Below, piece after piece: positions 57,906 to 64,000 of a stretch of 64,000 nucleotides of DNA (position 1 is its first letter; every line of letters begins with the position of its first letter). The position numbers and the translations under genes are program-made. The notes under the pieces were generated by a model. The model saw only the letters and a list, made by a program, of their open reading frames with translations. It did no database searches and had not been told where the DNA came from. This stretch comes from Escherichia phage vB-Eco-KMB39, in the sequence record OR539219.1; one strand, given 5' to 3'.

Positions 57906-58443
57906 TTACTATTTCCAAAAGTTTATTATTTTTAAGGTAATTAGCCTTTTCTAGGACTTCAGAAGCATATTTAGAACCTGCTTTAACATTCCATCCCGAA
58001 TTATAAGAGGATATTGCTTTTCTTATATCGCCCTTATGTATATTTAACCAATAAGAAAGTTCAATGTACGCCCAGGAAGCTGAATTGGATCGTTTATTCA
58101 ACATTCTTTTTATTTCAGCATCGGTCATATTATAACCAAGTTCCTTAACTCTCGCTCGCATAGTAGGCAAATAATTTTGGAACATTCCGTAAGCATGATG
58201 TTTTGGTTTAGATTTTAAATTAACTCCGCCAGAGCTTTCTTGCCATAAAATAGCAGCCATTATATGACCTAATCCGCTCTTGTGGATATTTTTGTGTGTT
58301 TTATATTTTCCATCCTTAGAAAATTGTTCCCCGAATTGATACGCGTAACGCATGTTATCGAGTTGGACATTACTGAAAGTATGCTCGGAGCTATGTGCCA
58401 TCATTGAAATGGCCAATAGACCAGCGAGTAGTGCTTTTCTCAT
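57898..58443 (-). CDS. secreted lytic transglycosylase-like protein (vs.1 position)
   Basis: 181 aa; signal peptide; SLT-like motif ILWQESSGG. Confidence 0.5.
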   Translation of the reverse strand: MRKALLAGLLAISMMAHSSEHTFSNVQLDNMRYAYQFGEQFSKDGKYKTHKNIHKSGLGHIMAAILWQESSGGVNLKSKPKHHAYGMFQNYLPTMRARVKELGYNMTDAEIKRMLNKRSNSASWAYIELSYWLNIHKGDIRKAISSYNSGWNVKAGSKYASEVLEKANYLKNNKLLEIVND

Positions 58444-58450
58444 GTTTACC

Positions 58451-58912
58451 TCATTGAGTTTTAATTACTGCTTTAGAAGCCTTTCCTGGTAAACGACGAC
58501 TGTTGATAATTGCCATCCTACATTGAAGTGACGGGTCTTTGAACTTCTCATTAGGTTTACAAACTGTAAATCCAAGCCAAAGATTTCCATCTGTAATTTC
58601 TAAACGTCCAGGACGATATTCAACTCCATCAATAAAATCCTCATCAATGTCAGGACGCGGAGGCATACTCAGGAATTCATTAACTTCTAAAACATGGTCT
58701 TTTATTTTATGGAATAATTCAAAAACATATGTCTCATCAATCTCCCGTTGAATTGCACGATCAAGAAGATGTTGAGAATATTTTAGATGAAACGATGAGA
58801 CCCCTGCTGCTTTTGATGCCTCACGAATCTCATTGTTAATTTGACGAAACTCCGACTCAAAGTGACGACGAAGCTTATTTCGACGGATAAAAACTTCTGT
58901 ATTGATAGTCAT
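58451..58912 (-). CDS. regB: RegB site-specific endoribonuclease
   Basis: 153 aa equals T4 RegB; strong early promoter upstream. Confidence 0.75.
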   Translation of the reverse strand: MTINTEVFIRRNKLRRHFESEFRQINNEIREASKAAGVSSFHLKYSQHLLDRAIQREIDETYVFELFHKIKDHVLEVNEFLSMPPRPDIDEDFIDGVEYRPGRLEITDGNLWLGFTVCKPNEKFKDPSLQCRMAIINSRRLPGKASKAVIKTQ

Positions 58913-58939
58913 GTTATTCTCCTCTTAACTGATAGAAAA

Positions 58940-58969
58940 ATTATACCACAGTCAAGAGGAAAAGTAAAC
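58940..58969 (-). promoter_or_regulatory. early promoter upstream of regB
   Basis: minus strand GTTTACT - 17 - tggTATAAT. Confidence 0.6.
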
Positions 58970-58971
58970 AG

Positions 58972-59292
58972 TTATTCTTTAAATCTAATCAATTTATTCA
59001 TAGACTTTGAAACTTCTGCACGAACCTCATGTAGATTTTTGAGCTGTTCAAGACGCTGCTCATAGTAAGCAATTTCATCTTCTTCGAGACAGTCCTGTGA
59101 ATCTTCTTTAAGATAACGTGCATAGTCCTGAAAAGCTTTACGGACTACTTCCTGGAAGTCATCAAGACTTTGAATTTTCTTAGGAGCGACAGATACACGA
59201 CGAGGTGCAGTATAATACTCATAACCAAACCCTGCACTTAATTGAGCCATTAGTATTTTTCCTCTGGTTGGAACACTGCACGACAAGCCCAC
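58972..59292 (-). CDS. hypothetical protein
   Basis: 106 aa ORF. Confidence 0.4.
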   Translation of the reverse strand: MGLSCSVPTRGKILMAQLSAGFGYEYYTAPRRVSVAPKKIQSLDDFQEVVRKAFQDYARYLKEDSQDCLEEDEIAYYEQRLEQLKNLHEVRAEVSKSMNKLIRFKE

Positions 59293-59552
59293 ATACTGGC
59301 TTCTTTGAGTTTCGTTTTAGCAATAGTTAACTGATCGAGGCTTTCAGCATAATTCTTCGCGAGTTCATCATCTTCACAGCTATCAAATGCTTCCCAAAAT
59401 TCATCGTATAAAGCATCAAAGATAAGTCCTAAACGAACTTCAGCGTCTTTGATAGCATTCACTTTACCGATTTTCTCTTCGGTATGCGGCTTATAACCCT
59501 TAATATCTTCAATCATATTTGACTTCCTCACCAGTACATAAATCATATTCAA
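59250..59552 (-). CDS. hypothetical protein
   Basis: 100 aa ORF; start may be internal. Confidence 0.4.
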   Translation of the reverse strand: MNMIYVLVRKSNMIEDIKGYKPHTEEKIGKVNAIKDAEVRLGLIFDALYDEFWEAFDSCEDDELAKNYAESLDQLTIAKTKLKEASMWACRAVFQPEEKY

Positions 59553-59730
59553 CTAAACGAATAGGTTCATGAATGCCATATCCCTGAACAGAAATTTCTG
59601 TCGTAGGATAAATTCCATCAATATCACCCATATTCCAGGCTTCATTAAATTGCTGTTCGCCTGAATTACTAAACCACTCGGCGAAAGCATTTAGCACATC
59701 TTCAGAACCTTCAATAATTATCTTTGCCAT
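59509..59730 (-). CDS. hypothetical protein
   Basis: 73 aa acidic ORF. Confidence 0.4.
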   Translation of the reverse strand: MAKIIIEGSEDVLNAFAEWFSNSGEQQFNEAWNMGDIDGIYPTTEISVQGYGIHEPIRLVEYDLCTGEEVKYD

Positions 59731-60147
59731 TACAAACTCTCGGTGAAGGTACGAGCGATAACGTCGCGCTGCTGTTCCGGAGTCAGAGAGTTAAAGCGAA
59801 CTGCATAACCAGATACACGGATGGTCAGCTGCGGATATTTTTCCGGATGCTTAACTGCATCTTCCAGAGTTTCACGACGCAGAACGTTAACGTTCAGGTG
59901 TTGACCACCTTCAATTTTAACTAGTTTCACGACGCAGAACGTTAACGTTCAGGTGTTGACCACCTTCAATTTTAACTGTAGGTTGTGTTTCAATTTCAAT
60001 TTCACGGGCATGCAAACCGTAGAAAATTTCCGGGTCTACAAAAGAGTCCTCTTTAAAGGTTTTAGAGACAATAATTCGTGCTTGAATACCATCTTCAAAA
60101 TAAATAGTACCTTTATGTGTGCCTTCAAGAATTTGATATGCTTTCAT
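59730..60147 (-). pseudogene. autonomous glycyl-radical cofactor (GrcA/YfiD-like) gene split by a 55-bp tandem duplication
   Basis: track ORFs 59917-60147 and 59730-59930 both encode [18 protein letters not shown]; distal ORF ends [29 protein letters not shown]; joined frame restored by removing one repeat copy. Confidence 0.7.
59868..59977. repeat. perfect 55-bp tandem direct duplication (2 copies) inside the grcA-like gene
   Basis: unit agtttcacgacgcagaacgttaacgttcaggtgttgaccaccttcaattttaact seen twice back to back. Confidence 0.8.
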
Positions 60148-60154
60148 ATAAACC

Positions 60155-60481
60155 TCAATTAGAAAATAAATTTATCCAAGATTGTTCTTTAATTAAAAAC
60201 GGCTCAGAATCATATGCCATTAAACTTTGCGTAATTAATCCTTTAAAAGGTCCATCAATAAATTCCATGGTAAAATATGGAATTTTATTCATTAGCCGTG
60301 CATTAGGAGCAGTACATAAAACTCTGCATCCTTTGAATACACCTTTTTGTAATTTGTATTGCTTGGGATAAAATTCGCTCAAAATGTTATTATTTGCTAA
60401 AATTTCAAAATGATTCACCAATTTATTTTTAATAGTTTTTGGCGAAAAATAAAGATATTCGAAAAGTTGCGTATCTGTCAT
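60155..60481 (-). CDS. hypothetical protein
   Basis: about 108 aa from internal Met (MMTDTQ); track ORF start overlaps upstream gene by 55 nt. Confidence 0.35.
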   Translation of the reverse strand: MTDTQLFEYLYFSPKTIKNKLVNHFEILANNNILSEFYPKQYKLQKGVFKGCRVLCTAPNARLMNKIPYFTMEFIDGPFKGLITQSLMAYDSEPFLIKEQSWINLFSN

Positions 60482-61074
60482 CATTGCATTCCAATTACGA
60501 AAAACTGCGGACGAGTAATACCACCAATACAGCATTTACTATTGCAGCAATATTGCACAGTTTCAATATGAATATCGTAAATTTTATCCATATCAGGAGA
60601 TTTAACAGGCTCATCGATTATATACAAAATTCGAGAAAGCGATAAACCTCTGAACTTGCTACCTCTATTACCAACAAAACTACGGACAGAATCAGTAAAT
60701 AAACGGAATCGAATATCATCGCTAGAATAACGAGAAAATTCTTTTTTAATGCGGCCCACAGAAATTTTAGCGTAAGCTGAAGTATTAGAAAGAACAATAA
60801 CTGTTCCACCATCATACAACCAATTAGCGGCAAAATTAGTTACTGCAGTTGATTTACCGGATTGTCTGCCACCATCTAAACGAAGTGTACAATATTCTTT
60901 AAATAAATACGACGAATCAGGTACATAAAATCCACTATTACAAATTTCTTCTACTCTAGCGTCAGAATGGTGTGTAAAAGCATTCATCAGGGATAGATAA
61001 GGACCAGTTAAAAATGTTCTCATGTTATTTCTCTTAAGGTTTTTGGGCCATTCCGTGGCGCATGAATTGTCCAT
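60481..61074 (-). CDS. P-loop NTPase-like protein
   Basis: Walker A GGRQSGKST, Walker B-like ILYIIDEP; start may be internal Met at about 61023. Confidence 0.45.
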   Translation of the reverse strand: MDNSCATEWPKNLKRNNMRTFLTGPYLSLMNAFTHHSDARVEEICNSGFYVPDSSYLFKEYCTLRLDGGRQSGKSTAVTNFAANWLYDGGTVIVLSNTSAYAKISVGRIKKEFSRYSSDDIRFRLFTDSVRSFVGNRGSKFRGLSLSRILYIIDEPVKSPDMDKIYDIHIETVQYCCNSKCCIGGITRPQFFVIGMQ

Positions 61075-61167
61075 TTCTGTATTTACCCATTACCGCACTT
61101 GGGCTCGACCTTATTACAGGTTGGCGGGAATCCCTCATAGAATCATGAGGTCCAGGTTGTTCCCATA

Positions 61168-61641
61168 TTATTTGAACGATTTAACGTACTGAATAGAACC
61201 TTTACTATTTACAAAGGCAATTTTACCATTTTTATTATACATGGTAGCAGTACGCTGATAGCCATAAGTTTGCTTACCAGATTGATAACCAACTAATGCA
61301 AAATTATCTTCACCCATTTTATTCTGTTTAGCGCGAATGCGTTCATGACCATGTGCCATAAGAACCTTAGCATCACCAGTTACAATGGATCGACGAGTTT
61401 TTTCATCTTCAACTGTATTAACAAAGTCGTCAAATGAATCAAATTTAGCATGAGATTTATTATACAGTTTTCCATCTACTGCATAATTATATCCCTGTAC
61501 ATCCATCTCAACTTCTGTACCATCATCCAATACAGCAGTAATTTTCTGTCCTTTTTTAAATTTCAAAAGATCAGTAAAAGATTCAGCAATAATTTGAGAA
61601 TTAATAGCTGCTTCAGTGATAAATTCTTGATATGTTTTCAT
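61168..61641 (-). CDS. internal (capsid-packaged) protein with capsid targeting sequence
   Basis: 157 aa; N-terminus MKTYQEFITEA matches the T4 internal-protein targeting sequence cleaved after Glu; early promoter upstream. Confidence 0.65.
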   Translation of the reverse strand: MKTYQEFITEAAINSQIIAESFTDLLKFKKGQKITAVLDDGTEVEMDVQGYNYAVDGKLYNKSHAKFDSFDDFVNTVEDEKTRRSIVTGDAKVLMAHGHERIRAKQNKMGEDNFALVGYQSGKQTYGYQRTATMYNKNGKIAFVNSKGSIQYVKSFK

Positions 61642-61694
61642 GTGTTTCCTTTAAATATTTTAATTAGTAATTTGTCTCTTCAAGCAACTGTGAA

Positions 61695-61725
61695 TATACT
61701 ATCACAATTCTAGGAGAAAGTAAAC
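61695..61725 (-). promoter_or_regulatory. early promoter upstream of internal protein gene
   Basis: minus strand GTTTACT - 17 - TAGTAT. Confidence 0.45.
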
Positions 61726-61729
61726 AACT

Positions 61730-62260
<531 letters not shown>

Positions 62261-62716
62261 TTAAAAGAGGCTGTTCATTATTCGGTAAAGTGAAGGACCC
62301 ATCACATATTGCCACTGAGTACGAGGAATAAGAGCAAAAGCATCCATCTCTGGAATCATAACGCCATCTTTATTTTCAAAATAAGACTCGCAATGGCAAT
62401 TTCTGAACATCTCATGCTCTACTGGAATCGTATAATAAAATAACTGTAAGTCTTTATTACTAGAATATTTAAATACACCTAGGTCTTCTAGAAGGTCTGG
62501 ATTATAATTGCTAAAACCGGTCTCTTCTAAGCATTCTCTTTTTGCAGCTTCCAGTGCATTCAAATCAGAACTTTCTACACGGCCCTTTGGAATATCCCAA
62601 CGATGTGCCATCATTCCAGGCTTACGAGAACCAGTAACCCGACCCATAAATAAATCTTTATCTTCTGTCATAAAGATAATACCAGCTGATAGTGTTTTCA
62701 TTTTAATTTCCTGCAT
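62261..62716 (-). CDS. nudE: Nudix hydrolase
   Basis: 151 aa equals T4 NudE; Nudix box GRVESSDLNALEAAKRECLEETGF. Confidence 0.8.
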   Translation of the reverse strand: MQEIKMKTLSAGIIFMTEDKDLFMGRVTGSRKPGMMAHRWDIPKGRVESSDLNALEAAKRECLEETGFSNYNPDLLEDLGVFKYSSNKDLQLFYYTIPVEHEMFRNCHCESYFENKDGVMIPEMDAFALIPRTQWQYVMGPSLYRIMNSLF

Positions 62717-63186
62717 TCAGTGATAAAGTTATTTAAATTTTGAGTATATTTCTTTTCATCAAAAATCTTTTGTTGTCTGCGTAGCCGCCATGGCATTTCA
62801 ATGAACGTGTACCATATCCCAGATAATATTGCTGCTGTAAAAATATTAACAAGTATGGTTAAAAGAATCCAATCTCCTATTCTGTCCATTGGATTTTTTA
62901 TAAAAAAGTAAAATACGAATGATGTCACAGGAAGACTAATAATATACCACAGAATCATAATCTTATCTGTGAACCAATCAGCGTTCGTTAACTTAGCGCG
63001 ACCATTATAAATACACACGAATTTATCATCTGTTGCAGTAGATGGCTTAACTGGTTGATATCCCATTCTAAACTCCCTAATTAACAAATTTTTCATATCT
63101 TCGGAACAGCCATTCCAGTCAACTCTATCAACTGGAATGCCATCATCCCCATCATCTAAATCATACCAGCGAGTTTTTAAAATCAT
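62698..63186 (-). CDS. membrane protein (e.2 position)
   Basis: 162 aa; TM helices. Confidence 0.4.
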   Translation of the reverse strand: MILKTRWYDLDDGDDGIPVDRVDWNGCSEDMKNLLIREFRMGYQPVKPSTATDDKFVCIYNGRAKLTNADWFTDKIMILWYIISLPVTSFVFYFFIKNPMDRIGDWILLTILVNIFTAAILSGIWYTFIEMPWRLRRQQKIFDEKKYTQNLNNFITECRKLK

Positions 63187-63545
63187 TTAATTTTCCTGCA
63201 ATCGCTCACAAACTCTTTCATTGATTCATTTTCAATATAAGACATATAGTTATTATATTCTTTTAATTGTATTTTGTAATCCTTTTTTCTTTGCCAATTT
63301 ATTTTAAAATTATCATAATGAAAATATAGCATGGTGCCAAAGAATGAAAATAATGAAATCGCTATAGTAAAACGAAGTTCACTCCAAACCTCTGTTATAA
63401 TTGCTGAACCATCGATGTTTAAAATAATACAGTCAATCATTAATCCAATAAGACTACCAGCAAGAGCTGCAAATACTGACACGGCAAGAATTAATAGTGC
63501 CTCGGGAAACGAATATTTGACTTTATTTAGTTTTGGCTTTTGCAT
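63183..63545 (-). CDS. membrane protein (e.3 position)
   Basis: 120 aa; two TM helices. Confidence 0.4.
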   Translation of the reverse strand: MQKPKLNKVKYSFPEALLILAVSVFAALAGSLIGLMIDCIILNIDGSAIITEVWSELRFTIAISLFSFFGTMLYFHYDNFKINWQRKKDYKIQLKEYNNYMSYIENESMKEFVSDCRKIK

Positions 63546-63940
63546 CGTGATTCCTTAACAAATTTCATAATTTCATCAAATTCATGCATATCAAGTTTAA
63601 GCTGGTGTTCATTTTTAATCTTTTTACACTGAGCTTTCCATTCGCGTACACGTTTACGATAATGTCTTCCTTGATACCAGTATCCTACCCAATTTACAGG
63701 TACTAATAAAAATGGAACTACTAATGGAAGAATTAATACTGACAGAAATATTACACCAGATTCAATATCAGTCATAACGTCTATAACCATTCCAATAATC
63801 AATAGAATTACAAATGATATAGCTGTCACAGGACCTATTAATACATCGGTAGAAATTATCTGGTGCTTTGGTTCATACTTCAAAGGTTTACTTGGAAGGT
63901 ATAGTGATGGCTTTGACATATTCTCTACATTCCTTAACAA
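63527..63940 (-). CDS. membrane protein (e.4 position)
   Basis: 137 aa; TM helices; true start may be internal Met MSKPSLY. Confidence 0.4.
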   Translation of the reverse strand: MLRNVENMSKPSLYLPSKPLKYEPKHQIISTDVLIGPVTAISFVILLIIGMVIDVMTDIESGVIFLSVLILPLVVPFLLVPVNWVGYWYQGRHYRKRVREWKAQCKKIKNEHQLKLDMHEFDEIMKFVKESRCKSQN

Positions 63941-64000
63941 ATTTTTCTAGTAATAAATCGCTTTCAAAATTGGGATTTTCCACGAATTTATCAAAAAGAT
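63888..64000 (-). CDS. 3' end of a gene that starts beyond the window edge (partial)
   Basis: open frame from window end to stop near 63888 (...EKFVKECREYVKAITIPSK); read by eye. Confidence 0.25.
   Translation of the reverse strand, partial: LFDKFVENPNFESDLLLEKFVKECREYVKAITIPSK

Noticed and set aside
61075-61167. Possible tRNA or small RNA gene in the GC-rich spacer
   Set aside because: No cloverleaf with acceptor stem, T-loop GTTC or CCA-compatible 3' end could be drawn; only a single 6-bp hairpin. Kept as part of the variable-locus finding.

Overview
This window is a contiguous ~64 kb block of a T4-like (T-even, Tequatrovirus-type) myovirus genome, colinear with the phage T4 map from rIIA to the lysozyme (e)/nudE region. 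About 120 genes are packed almost entirely on the minus strand. Gene identities are called from protein motifs, lengths and synteny recalled from T4; no database search was run. Coordinates of CDS come from the supplied ORF track (some starts re-set to internal Met or GTG by codon arithmetic); coordinates of promoters, hairpins and repeats were read by eye and are approximate (+/- 3 nt). Recognisable genes include rIIA, topoisomerase II gp39, dexA, dda, modA/modB, soc, 56, primase 61, spackle, dmd, helicase 41, uvsX, 42, imm, DNA polymerase 43, regA, clamp loader 62/44, clamp 45, rpbA, 46/47, alpha-gt, sigma factor 55, nrdH/nrdG/nrdD, endonuclease VII, nrdC, rI, tk, vs, regB, an internal protein, lysozyme e and nudE. 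Regulatory signals are T4-type: early promoters (GTTTAC -35, TATAAT-like -10), three TATAAATA late promoters, one MotA-box middle promoter, and UUCG-tetraloop hairpins between genes. Main observations: (1) a GrcA/YfiD-like glycyl-radical cofactor gene split by a perfect 55-bp tandem duplication, with a GC-rich host-like 3' half; (2) a plus-strand HNH homing-endonuclease gene with its own late promoter between 45.2 and 46; (3) a five-copy early promoter plus leader cassette in front of accessory genes; (4) a GT-A-type glycosyltransferase where T4 has beta-gt; (5) a membrane protein / Pol-beta nucleotidyltransferase / AAA+ ATPase module and four tandem coiled-coil paralogues in the nrdC-tk hyperplastic region; (6) differences from T4 itself: fused gp39 with no gene 60 bypass, intron-less nrdD, no dam/69/segF between soc and 61, and no denV/ipII next to the internal protein gene. 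No tRNA, rRNA or CRISPR array was found.
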